Assembly (NCBI GenBank): GCA_963806185.1
Contig: CAWDXE010000001.1
Span: 544,001-608,000, forward strand
DNA length: 64,000 nt
From: an uncultured candidate division Zixibacteria bacterium
Lineage (GTDB): Bacteria > Zixibacteria > MSB-5A5 > GN15 > FEB-12
Reading direction: 5' to 3'
Positions 19,665-28,809 of the stretch are shown piece by piece. The number at the start of each line of letters is the position of its first letter. Within the stretch, counting starts at the first letter, position 1. Both the position numbers and the translations under genes were made by a program. The notes under the pieces were generated by a model. It saw only the letters and a list, made by a program, of their open reading frames with translations. It was not told the DNA's origin and did no database searches.

Positions 19665-22202
19665 TCACTCTACGATGACAATCTTGCCTTTTGTGTCCGA
19701 ACCTTCCAGATACCACAGATAGACTCCCGACGAAATGCGATTGCCGGACTCGTTCCGGCCATCCCAGACCAAGTCACCGCCGGCCACTGTCGGCCAGCGC
19801 CGAACGGTCTCGCCGCTCATGCTGGTTACCAGAAGACTTGAACCGTCCGGCAGCGAGACAAAAGTAACCTGTCCACCATCGTTAAGGTTCACCGGATTTG
19901 GATACAGGTAAACGGGTGTTCTGAGATCAAAATACATGGAGGGGGAATACTCGCGGCCGCTCATGCGGGCGCGCCAGTAATATCTTTTGCCACCCGTCAG
20001 CGGATCATCGGCCGTCCACGAAGTCAGAAGCTGACCCTCGGCGACCGGAGGCGAGGTAACGATTTCTGTTGAGAAGGTGGGTTCATCGGCAATGGAAAAC
20101 GTGTACGAGCGTGGGCCGGAGTCAGAGCAGACAGCGTTCTGCACGGTCAGCTCCGGCCTGGCCACGGCAACCAGTGATCCATTTGGTGGTCCGACCGGCT
20201 GCGGCACGCACGAATCGACCCCGGCAATGATCGTGATCCTGGCGTTCGACGTGGCAACGTTGGACAATGCCGACCAGTTGCCGGCATTGTCCGTGGATTT
20301 AAGAGCTATGTAATATTGCGCCCCCGGGGTGAGGTTGCGAAGGGCCATCGTTTCCGCACTTCCCGCGACCTTGGGCGCCGGCTCACCGGAAGCGGTGGAG
20401 TCCGACGACCAGTTAACCTCGGAAATGGCCGAACGCGAGTACCGGACATCGTAGGCGGCGACGCGGTTGCTGGCATCATCGGTCGGCGCCGTCCAGGTCA
20501 GCGTGATGGCACCATCCGTTTCGCCCGGCACGGCACCCAGGTCCTGCACGGAGGCAGGTGGGATGGTGTCGCTCGAGGTAGGCGCGGTGGTACCGGCGTT
20601 GGCCACGGTTGTATCACTCACCAGAACCCGCCACTCGGCGTTGCCGATACCGATGGTGGAATTGGTGTAGCGCGTCCAGGTAGCGTTGGGATTCAGTTCG
20701 AACCAAGTCCCCGTCGGCACCGCAACGGTTACGCGTGTCGAGGTAAGGTCGAAGTTGGCGCCGCGAGCATAACGACCGATGGCCAGCGTCTGGACTTGCG
20801 CAGTGTCGGTGGGCTTGCCCATAGTGACCTTGTGAACCGTGTACCCCTGTCCGGCGCCGTCGGTACCCTTCACACTGGAGTCACGAGAGGTCTTGGGGAT
20901 GCCAAAGTACTTGCCCCAGGCATAGCACCACATGGTGGTAGTATCGTAGGATTGGGGCGTACCACTGGCTACCGACCCGATCGTCTCGCGATTCATCTTG
21001 AAATCGACCTGACCGTTTTTGACACAGGGGGAGAACCAAACCTGGGTCGATCCGGGGTAGGTGGCATCAAGCATGAAACCGAGGCCGTTCATTTTGCTGC
21101 GATCATAGGACTTGCCCTGATCCAGATCATACTGACCCATGCGAATCCAACCGAGGAAGATATTGACTGCGGAATCCTTGACACTGTACACGGCCTTGAC
21201 GGCAGTGTTACAACTCGATTCGTATCCGTCGGCTCCCGGGTAAAAATAAGAATACTCGCCCATAACGTAGGCGCCGCAAAGGATGGAGGCGTGGCGGCCT
21301 TCGTTATCCCAGTTGGCGGGGTTATTGATCACCGGCACCGCGGCAAAGTTGGGGGCATAAAAGTAGCCGCGCGACTTGAGCATACTGCCGGCTGTGCCCA
21401 TCCAGCCGTCGCGGGCGCGTCGCAGGGAATCGCGAATGGCGACGATATTCATGGAACGCGGCCAACTGGGCAGGTAGTCATAGGGACCGCCCTTCAGCCA
21501 ATAATCGGAAGTCGTATCCTTGAAGGGGGCCTGGGTGCAGAAGTTGCCCGACACAGAATTGCCGGTGTAACCGATGATGAATTCTTCATCGACGAAGACA
21601 CCATCGTAACCCAGGGCTTCGATTTCACTGACCCATTTCTCGCCCAGATACTCACCCACACGCGGGTCGCGGAAATTCCAGAGAAGACGCGTCTGCGCGG
21701 CGGTGAAACCAGGGCCAAACATCGGGCTGTTGGGCGGTGTGGTCACCCACCGGCCGAAGCCGGTTGGATTGTTCGGATTAGAGCGACAGACAGCTGAATC
21801 GCCTGCGCCGGTCTTGGTGTGGAGCACGAGATCCCTGAAGTTGTATCCCTTTTGCGCGCACCAGCTGCGAATTGTCGACGTTTCAGTCGTGTCGACGAGA
21901 TACAGCGAATACACGAGCGCCTTCATCTCCGGGTTGAGATTACGCATGGATACGAGGTCCGAGGCGGACGATTCGCCCGAACCCATCGCAAAGGCATAGC
22001 GCTGAGCGTACCATTGCCGAATAGTCGGCGCGAGCGCCTGACCGGAAGATTGCCAAATTGTCGATCCGCCGTATGCATAGCATCCAATCCGCAACTGCTT
22101 GAGATACGGAGAAGGATTGGCGGCGCTGACCACTGAACCGAGCATCAGCACCAGGCTAATAGCGGTAAGGGTCAAGAGGGTTCTCTGACGCTTCATCATC
22201 AT
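19665..22202 (-). CDS. Secreted protein: glycoside-hydrolase-like barrel + FN3 + C-terminal FlgD/secretion-tail Ig domain
   Basis: Signal peptide; GYDGVFVDE; DTIPPASVQDL..LTWTAP..YDVRYS..LTPGAQYYIALK (FN3); YPNPVN..WDGRNESGNRISSGVY tail. Confidence 0.7.
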   Translation of the reverse strand: MMMKRQRTLLTLTAISLVLMLGSVVSAANPSPYLKQLRIGCYAYGGSTIWQSSGQALAPTIRQWYAQRYAFAMGSGESSASDLVSMRNLNPEMKALVYSLYLVDTTETSTIRSWCAQKGYNFRDLVLHTKTGAGDSAVCRSNPNNPTGFGRWVTTPPNSPMFGPGFTAAQTRLLWNFRDPRVGEYLGEKWVSEIEALGYDGVFVDEEFIIGYTGNSVSGNFCTQAPFKDTTSDYWLKGGPYDYLPSWPRSMNIVAIRDSLRRARDGWMGTAGSMLKSRGYFYAPNFAAVPVINNPANWDNEGRHASILCGAYVMGEYSYFYPGADGYESSCNTAVKAVYSVKDSAVNIFLGWIRMGQYDLDQGKSYDRSKMNGLGFMLDATYPGSTQVWFSPCVKNGQVDFKMNRETIGSVASGTPQSYDTTTMWCYAWGKYFGIPKTSRDSSVKGTDGAGQGYTVHKVTMGKPTDTAQVQTLAIGRYARGANFDLTSTRVTVAVPTGTWFELNPNATWTRYTNSTIGIGNAEWRVLVSDTTVANAGTTAPTSSDTIPPASVQDLGAVPGETDGAITLTWTAPTDDASNRVAAYDVRYSRSAISEVNWSSDSTASGEPAPKVAGSAETMALRNLTPGAQYYIALKSTDNAGNWSALSNVATSNARITIIAGVDSCVPQPVGPPNGSLVAVARPELTVQNAVCSDSGPRSYTFSIADEPTFSTEIVTSPPVAEGQLLTSWTADDPLTGGKRYYWRARMSGREYSPSMYFDLRTPVYLYPNPVNLNDGGQVTFVSLPDGSSLLVTSMSGETVRRWPTVAGGDLVWDGRNESGNRISSGVYLWYLEGSDTKGKIVIVE

Positions 22203-22256
22203 CGAGTACTCCTTGTCCTGCGTTCTTGCCTAACGAGTGAGCCACCGGAGTAAATG

Positions 22257-22273
22257 AGCAAGTCCCATTCCAA
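22257..22273 (-). promoter_or_regulatory. sigma54-like promoter (-24/-12)
   Basis: TTGGAATGGGACTTGCT = GG-N10-GC, about 55 nt upstream of the 22202 start, with an AT-rich stretch further upstream. Confidence 0.5.
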
Positions 22274-22643
22274 CTGGGTGACGATTGCAGTAGCCCATAA
22301 ATTAGGTAAGTTGCTGGGTCAAAACAACTACAAATATCCGGGTTTGGTCTTCCCAGCTGTCCTTCATGCCTACGCATGCCCGGTAGTTCAGTTATCGACC
22401 AGCCGAAGCCCCTGCTTTACTGCTAAATTACGATGTATTCGCCAGGTACGCCGATTGAACAGCCGGCCGGCCAGTTGACCGGTACATGACCATTATACCG
22501 CGACTGGCCGGAGTCAGCGGCCAGAAAATTTAACGCAACCGGTCAATTTGGCATCGGAGCAGGGGTCAGCGCAGGCATGTCAGTAACGGCGATTAGTCGC
22601 CTGGATGAGACAAAATTGGACTCGAAAGGTCCATTGGAGCCGA

Positions 22644-22672
22644 GGAGGTCGCGCAAAATCTGCGCGACCTCC
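22644..22672. terminator. 12-bp perfect hairpin after the ABC operon
   Basis: GGAGGTCGCGCA-AAATC-TGCGCGACCTCC, 4 nt after the stop at 22677. No clear U tract. Confidence 0.5.
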
Positions 22673-22676
22673 CTGA

Positions 22677-24119
22677 TTAGCGGACGTCGTAGCGGGTGAA
22701 TCTCACGAAGGCGAGAGAAAACGCCCCCAGTATATACAGTCCGAGCAAGCCAAAATCGACGAGGGCATCCTTGAGCGCCGCGCCGAGCGGCATCACTGCG
22801 GACTGAAAGCGGGGCATGTCGCTCACATCCAGTACGCCGGCGGACCGGCCCTGGGTGATCTTCATCCCCTTCTCGCTGTCGAACATGATCATGAGTCGGC
22901 CGGCGTCGCCGTCGTTCGGGGCTTTTTCGTCTTTGTACCGGGTGATCTGTTCCCGATAGGTATCGATCGAATGTTCGTACCGTTCCTTGAGGGAGAGGCC
23001 GGTGCCGGCCAGGGTCATGGCCGCCAGCTGATATGATGATGACGGTGAGATGCGTGCCAGGCTGAGTGCCAATCGCTCTTGCGACTCTTTGCGACGGCGC
23101 AGGTCCTCGAAGAGTTCAGTCTCGTGAGCGTCAATCTCCGCTTCCGTGATTTTCCGCAGCGAATCCTGGCTTTCCAGGCGCGCCCATAACTGGTCGTCGG
23201 ATTTCTGCTCGTGATTGTCCCTGCTGTTTTCGAAAAGCTTCATTATATCGTCGTTGAACTTCTCCCAGCGATCTTTGGCGAAGGCCTCCTTCTGGCCGTC
23301 GATCTCAGCGATACTGGGCACATGCACCATTTGTGCGGCGGCCAGCGCGCCGGCACGGGGAATGATCAAGACGAACACAACCCAGAAGACGAGGGCCACG
23401 AGGAACGAGACGGAGGAATGTCGGGTCAGGGCTGAAACGCACACGCCCAGCACAATGAAGAATGTAAAGTAGAGAAGTGAAACGCCGAGGAGCAGGGCCA
23501 ACTGGGCCCAGTTGGTGACGGTCATCGGTACACCAGCCAGCATGACCATCAGCACGGCGATGAGGACGGCAATCGACATGGGCAGGACAAGTCCGAGCCA
23601 TGAGCCGACCGACTTCGCGATAATGTATTTCGCTCTCGGCACGGCGTGCGAGAATACCAGTTTGAGCGTGCCGAGTTCGCGCTCGCCGGAAATGGCGTCA
23701 AAGGTGAACAGGACGGCGAACAGGGAGAAGACGATTTGCACCACGAAAGCGAAATCGATCATGCGGAAGATCGCGAAGATGGGATCGTCACTGTACGGGC
23801 TCTGGTGAAGCCGGGAAACGGCTTCCTGCGACGGATCGGACCATCGGCCGATGTCCCAGGTCAGGCCGGAGACAAAGACCTGCATAGGGTCGGGCATGCG
23901 ATGGACGCGCGCCCGCAACTGGCTATACGAAGTTGATTCGCGCGTCTGCTGGTCGAAAAGTTTGAGCGACGATTCATACTGCGCCTTCGCCTCGTGATAC
24001 TCCTGTATGCCGATGCCGATTGAGAGCAGGAGGACGACCGTACAGACGGCAAAGGTGGCGATGAATTTGGGGCTCAGGAGAATGGCCTTCAGTTCTTTGG
24101 TAATCAATATATTCAGCAT
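22677..24119 (-). CDS. ABC-2 type (NosY-like) permease
   Basis: ITKELK, FDAISGERELGTLKLVFSHAVPR..IIAK, ends FTRYDVR. Confidence 0.85.
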   Translation of the reverse strand: MLNILITKELKAILLSPKFIATFAVCTVVLLLSIGIGIQEYHEAKAQYESSLKLFDQQTRESTSYSQLRARVHRMPDPMQVFVSGLTWDIGRWSDPSQEAVSRLHQSPYSDDPIFAIFRMIDFAFVVQIVFSLFAVLFTFDAISGERELGTLKLVFSHAVPRAKYIIAKSVGSWLGLVLPMSIAVLIAVLMVMLAGVPMTVTNWAQLALLLGVSLLYFTFFIVLGVCVSALTRHSSVSFLVALVFWVVFVLIIPRAGALAAAQMVHVPSIAEIDGQKEAFAKDRWEKFNDDIMKLFENSRDNHEQKSDDQLWARLESQDSLRKITEAEIDAHETELFEDLRRRKESQERLALSLARISPSSSYQLAAMTLAGTGLSLKERYEHSIDTYREQITRYKDEKAPNDGDAGRLMIMFDSEKGMKITQGRSAGVLDVSDMPRFQSAVMPLGAALKDALVDFGLLGLYILGAFSLAFVRFTRYDVR

Positions 24120-24131
24120 ACTCACTCCATC

Positions 24132-25553
24132 TCAGCGCACATCATATCGCAAAAAGGAAAGGACCGCTCCGACAAAGCCGAGGAGCACGTAGAAGATCAG
24201 GAGGCCGACATTCGGAAGGGCGGAGTTGATCGCGCCGGCCGCCGTCACCGGGTTGTAAGTGAAGGCCGGCAATTCGGTGGGATCGATCGGCTTGGGCTTC
24301 TCTTGTTCCTCACCGTCGGTCACGGTTCTCATGCGAATGGTACGACCGCCCGGATTGACGCCTGTCTTCTCTTTGAGGAATGCCCCGAACTTGGTTTGAT
24401 AAGCGGTGGCCTGGCTCAGGTACGATTCGCGCAGGTCAAGATCGGTGCCGGCCAGGGACATCGAGGCGAGAGAGAAACAGGCGGTTGGGGATACACGGGC
24501 GATCGCAAAAGCGAGTCGCTTTTGTTCCAGCTGGCGGTTCTGCCGTTCTTCATTCAGTCGGCCGGCAAATTCGGCCTGCTTCTGATAGCGGACGTCGGAC
24601 AACGAATCCATAAACTTATTGAATTGCTCCATCATTTTATCCGGCGCCGTTCCGGGCGTGGTCTGGTAATTGCTGATGACGTCGCGATCTGACATCCACA
24701 GCTGCTGAGCAAAGCTGGCCTTCTTGGTGGAGAGTTCATCCACCTGCGGCACATTCACAAAGCGCCCGGCCACCAGCACGGAGGCGCGTGGTACGATCAG
24801 CACGCTGGCTATCCAGATGACCAGCATGTAGAGAAAGGACGTGGAGGATCGCTGGGTGAGCGCCGAGATGAAGACGGAGAGCGTCAGGAAGACGCCGACA
24901 TACAGCAGGCCGGTAAGGATGACTACGCCGAGCCGAGTCCAGTCACCGCCCGACAGGGGAGTGTTCATGATCAAGAGCACCAGCAGGCCTATGGCGACGG
25001 CGAGTAGAATCGGTACGGCTACAGCCAGGAAGCGCCCGACCAGTTTGGCAAGAATATAGACTGCCCGTGGAACGGCATTGGCAAACGACAATCGCAGCGT
25101 ACCCCTCTCCTTTTCCCCACTGATTGCGTCGTACCCCATCAGCACGGCGAAGAGCGACAGGATAACGCCAAAAATGAACTCGAGATCGAGAAAGCGAAAG
25201 ATGGCGAACATCGGATCCTCGCCGTAACGGCTATTGTCCGAAGTCAGTTCGCCTCTCCCTTTGACCGTGACGGTGCGACCGATGTCATTGGAAACTCCGG
25301 TCACCAGGGCGGCCAGCGGCTGCGGGGGAAGGAAGATGTTGTGATCGCCAACCCCAAACCAATCGGTGAGGCCGTCAAGCTGACGGAGCGTTTCCGCCTT
25401 GGCAGCTTCGTTCTGCGCGCGGTCCATTCTGAAATTGGCTGCCCCCGTGAAAAACGAAAGGATGATGAGTACGGCACAGACGGCAAACGAGATAGTGAAG
25501 GTGGGCGAGGTGAGGGTTTCGCGGAGTTCTTTTTCCAGCAGAGTAATAAACAT
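24132..25553 (-). CDS. ABC-2 type (NosY-like) permease, paralog of the neighbouring gene
   Basis: LEKELRE, YDAISGEKERGTLRLSFANAVPR, ends FLRYDVR. Confidence 0.85.
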   Translation of the reverse strand: MFITLLEKELRETLTSPTFTISFAVCAVLIILSFFTGAANFRMDRAQNEAAKAETLRQLDGLTDWFGVGDHNIFLPPQPLAALVTGVSNDIGRTVTVKGRGELTSDNSRYGEDPMFAIFRFLDLEFIFGVILSLFAVLMGYDAISGEKERGTLRLSFANAVPRAVYILAKLVGRFLAVAVPILLAVAIGLLVLLIMNTPLSGGDWTRLGVVILTGLLYVGVFLTLSVFISALTQRSSTSFLYMLVIWIASVLIVPRASVLVAGRFVNVPQVDELSTKKASFAQQLWMSDRDVISNYQTTPGTAPDKMMEQFNKFMDSLSDVRYQKQAEFAGRLNEERQNRQLEQKRLAFAIARVSPTACFSLASMSLAGTDLDLRESYLSQATAYQTKFGAFLKEKTGVNPGGRTIRMRTVTDGEEQEKPKPIDPTELPAFTYNPVTAAGAINSALPNVGLLIFYVLLGFVGAVLSFLRYDVR

Positions 25554-25561
25554 CGGTTACC

Positions 25562-26320
25562 TCACACCGCCACAGCCACGGAATGGCCGGACATGTATTG
25601 CATGTAGAGTTGTTCGAGATCGGTATTGGCCAGTTCCTGGGCCGGTCGCTGCATAACCAGTCGCCCCTGGTTCATGATGGCAATCGTATCGGCGACTTCA
25701 CGGGCACGAAAGATGTCATGGGTAGACATCAGGATCGCCTTTCCCTCGTCGCGCAGGGTCTCCAGCAGACGAAGGAATTCGTAGCCGGCCTGGGGATCGA
25801 GACCCGACGTCGGTTCGTCCAGAAGAATGGCGGGCGCATTTTTCAAAATGGCGATGGCAATACCGCACTTCTGGCGCATCCCTTTGGAGAATTCGCGCAG
25901 TTTCTTCCGGTGGGCCGCCTCGGAAAGCCCGACCCGTAGCAATACATCGCGATACATATCGCCAGAGACCTGTTTTCCACTCAAGCGAGTGAAGAAATCG
26001 AGATTCTGCAGGGCCGTGAAATTGCCGTAGAGAGTCACGTTTTCTGAGACATAGCTCAGAAACGGCTTCGCTCGTAAGGGTTCTTTATGCGTAACGATAC
26101 CGTTAACGCGGGCTTCACCCTCAGTCGGTTCGAGAAAATTGAGGAACAGGTTGATAGCGGTCGTCTTACCGGCGCCATTTCCACCCAGCATGGCGAAGAT
26201 CTGCCCCGCGTGGACGGCAAAGGCGACATGATCAAGAGCCAGGACCCCGTCGTCGTACCGTTTGGTCAGGTTTACCGCCTCGATCAACGGCGTGGCCGTC
26301 TCCATTGCTTGCATAGTCAT
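25562..26320 (-). CDS. ABC transporter ATP-binding protein
   Basis: GGNGAGKT, FSKGMRQK, LLDEPTSGLDP, STH. Confidence 0.93.
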   Translation of the reverse strand: MTMQAMETATPLIEAVNLTKRYDDGVLALDHVAFAVHAGQIFAMLGGNGAGKTTAINLFLNFLEPTEGEARVNGIVTHKEPLRAKPFLSYVSENVTLYGNFTALQNLDFFTRLSGKQVSGDMYRDVLLRVGLSEAAHRKKLREFSKGMRQKCGIAIAILKNAPAILLDEPTSGLDPQAGYEFLRLLETLRDEGKAILMSTHDIFRAREVADTIAIMNQGRLVMQRPAQELANTDLEQLYMQYMSGHSVAVAV

Positions 26321-26347
26321 GATCGTCTCCTCACCAAAACCAATCGT

Positions 26348-27850
26348 TTATCGCTTTGACAGGCGCACGCCATAGACGACGATCGCCAGTACCAGTCCGA
26401 GAATGAGCAACACAACGAGCGACGTGCCCAAAAGATTGGCCTGCGGCTGCACCTCAACGGTGACGGTCTTGTCCTCGCCGATCACCGGAGTTCCGTTGGA
26501 CATCGCTGTGGTTCGCAGCCGCAGGTCGTATTTGCCGACCGCCACGTCAGACGGCGGAGTGAAAGTAAATCGCACGCGTTTCTCCTCGCCGATGTTGAGC
26601 GCGGCGACGAGCGGGGGATCGATCGTCTTCGACCAGTTCAACGGCAGATCGACGTCGACGACGATGTTGTCGAGGCGGTGAGTCCCCTCGTTCACCAGAT
26701 CGACCGCCATCTCGACGGTCTGGTCGTCTTTGATGGCATGATAGAGTTGATTGGAACGGACCAACAGCTTCCCCTTGCCGCGCGGCAGCAATTCGAGTTT
26801 GACAAAGCCGATATTCAAAGCAGAAAGCTCTCCCTCAGTCCATTGCCGGGCTGACAGGTCACCCACCTCGGCTGTCTTTTCCGGCGGCATCACGACCACA
26901 TAAAACGGAATCGGTTGATCGATCACGACGTCGCCGTTGGGTCTATCGGGAAGAGTAATCTCCAGGGCCGCCCGCTTGGTGCGTGTGCTCTCGGTGAACT
27001 TCACCTGACTCAGGCGCACCTGGCCGGCCGGATCCTTGAACACGCGGCTGATCTGGGTCGGGAGATTTGCGACGGCGAGACTGAAGGTGTTGCTGGTACC
27101 GCTAAAAAGTTCCAAAGTGAGATCGAACGAGGCGGTCTTGCCCAGATCGACCTCCTGCGAGAACTGCTCGGATCCAACCGCCACCTTGTTGCCCGCTGCG
27201 TCCTTTTGCAGAAAGATCCGCATGCTGCGCTGGCTGCCGTTGCTGTAGATCATGTAGACGGTCACCGCGTCAACATCCTGCAGGAGGGTAAAGTCGGTAC
27301 TCACCGGCTCGCCATAGCGAAGTTGGTCAATCTTGGTCTCGTACGGTTGGCTTATCACCGCATTGGCGTCATTCAGCAGCGAAACGTAAACATTGTTAAT
27401 GATGTCGGGCTGCAGAGATCGAAACAGTTGATCGTCGATATTGATTAGTTTGCGAAATTCCGCCGAGCCGCCTGACATGTTGGCGAGGGTCAACTTGACG
27501 TGCCGGCTGCCATCCTTGGCGTAGTATTTCATGGCCGATGAGACGGTGATATACTGTTGTTCAAATAGTACAGCCAGCAATGACTGCTGGTAATTCACCT
27601 CGGCATCCGAAAACGTCTGACGCGCGCGATCGAGAGCGGTCTCCGAGATCAGTTGCCGCTTGAACAGTTCCTGCTGGCGTTCCAGCTCCGCCTTGGCGAC
27701 ATCGTACGTTTCCTTCGCTCGTTTGAGCCCGAGAACGCGGTAGGTATCGTCACGCTGATTGAAGGCGGCGGTCGCCTGTGCCAGCAGGGTCGGCGGCACA
27801 AACAACGCCGCCGCCATCAGTATCGCTAAGCCAAAGAGCAGTTTACGCAC
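26348..27850 (-). CDS. Exported, C-terminally anchored protein with helical hairpin and Ig-like/NEW3-like domains
   Basis: Signal peptide; MFP/TolC-like hairpin AKAELERQQELFKRQLISETALDRA; NEW3-like NEGTHRLDNI..LPLNWS..FTFTPPSDVAVGKY; C-terminal TM. Confidence 0.65.
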   Translation of the reverse strand: MRKLLFGLAILMAAALFVPPTLLAQATAAFNQRDDTYRVLGLKRAKETYDVAKAELERQQELFKRQLISETALDRARQTFSDAEVNYQQSLLAVLFEQQYITVSSAMKYYAKDGSRHVKLTLANMSGGSAEFRKLINIDDQLFRSLQPDIINNVYVSLLNDANAVISQPYETKIDQLRYGEPVSTDFTLLQDVDAVTVYMIYSNGSQRSMRIFLQKDAAGNKVAVGSEQFSQEVDLGKTASFDLTLELFSGTSNTFSLAVANLPTQISRVFKDPAGQVRLSQVKFTESTRTKRAALEITLPDRPNGDVVIDQPIPFYVVVMPPEKTAEVGDLSARQWTEGELSALNIGFVKLELLPRGKGKLLVRSNQLYHAIKDDQTVEMAVDLVNEGTHRLDNIVVDVDLPLNWSKTIDPPLVAALNIGEEKRVRFTFTPPSDVAVGKYDLRLRTTAMSNGTPVIGEDKTVTVEVQPQANLLGTSLVVLLILGLVLAIVVYGVRLSKR

Positions 27851-27853
27851 GGA

Positions 27854-28663
27854 TTACTTTCTGTTGACCTTAATTACGGCACCCGATGATTTTTTGGTCA
27901 CGATAATGGTGTGCTGCTTGCCGTCGCGCTCGACGATGAATTTCACGTCCTGGCCGTCGGCAATCTTCATCACGACTTCACCGGCAGCGGTGGCCGTGGT
28001 GATAGCCTTGTCGGCCACGGATATGACAATATCACCAGTTTTGAATTCTTTGGATCTGGGGTCGGCCTCGTCCAGATCAAGCTGGCCGGCGATGACAACC
28101 TTTCCCTTCTTATCGCCGAGAATAACGGCGGCACCGACGAGCGGGGTGAGGTTGTCGACGTCAGCTGGCGCGTCCAGCTTGCGGGTGAAGGTCATAGTCT
28201 GGGCGGCGGTATCTTCCCCGCCGTTCTGTCCGCCCATGATCATCATTTTGCGTTTTGGCAGGTCCTTTTCGTCGGCCTTCGGAAAGGTCACAATCATCAT
28301 TTTGTCGCCGCGCTTGATCCCGAGCTTGATCGCAACGCCGACCTTGGCGGCTTTGTACAGACTGTCAAGTTCCAGCGGCTTGGCCAGGCGTATGCCATTG
28401 GCCATGATGACCACGTCGCCCTCCTGCAGATCAATCGTACGATACGCGGCCGGACGGTGATCGCCGGGCGAAATTGCCATGACCTTCAGTGCCCCTTCTT
28501 CGCCAATGATTACCGCTCCCAGCTCCGGTAACATGCAGACGCCGTCTTCACCATTGACGACGATCTTTTTCATCACCTGGGCCGTCGCCGGCGGGCAGAT
28601 GGTCAGGACGAGAGACGTCACGATCACCGGAACAAGACCGACCAGATAAACATACTTGCTCAT
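27854..28663 (-). CDS. Exported tandem-PDZ-domain protein
   Basis: Signal peptide; LQEGDVVIMANG..IKRG and FKTGDIVISV..VERDG repeats. RBS AAGGAG before the ATG at 28663. Confidence 0.7.
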   Translation of the reverse strand: MSKYVYLVGLVPVIVTSLVLTICPPATAQVMKKIVVNGEDGVCMLPELGAVIIGEEGALKVMAISPGDHRPAAYRTIDLQEGDVVIMANGIRLAKPLELDSLYKAAKVGVAIKLGIKRGDKMMIVTFPKADEKDLPKRKMMIMGGQNGGEDTAAQTMTFTRKLDAPADVDNLTPLVGAAVILGDKKGKVVIAGQLDLDEADPRSKEFKTGDIVISVADKAITTATAAGEVVMKIADGQDVKFIVERDGKQHTIIVTKKSSGAVIKVNRK

Positions 28664-28735
28664 CACCATTCTCCTTATCAGCTTTGCGTAGCTCTGTCTA
28701 CGGACCAACATAGGCGGATGGTTGCGCGATGCCGA

Positions 28736-28770
28736 GTTAATCAGTGTTAGCGAACGTTAAGAAGTGTTAA
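28736..28770. promoter_or_regulatory. Four GTTA(A/G) direct repeats at 10-bp period; putative OmpR-family operator
   Basis: GTTAA 28736, GTTAG 28746, GTTAA 28756, GTTAA 28766, between the divergent ABC and two-component operons. Confidence 0.65.
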
Positions 28771-28809
28771 GGGCGTGGCGTTTGCCCGCTCAATGCGTAT
28801 ATTCTTTGT

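Noticed and set aside
5632..21797. Long antisense ORFs (e.g. 8279..10003, 12770..14185, 20316..21797, 5632..6672)
   Set aside because: They are shadows of well-supported genes on the opposite strand, typical of GC-rich codon usage, and have no recognisable motifs.
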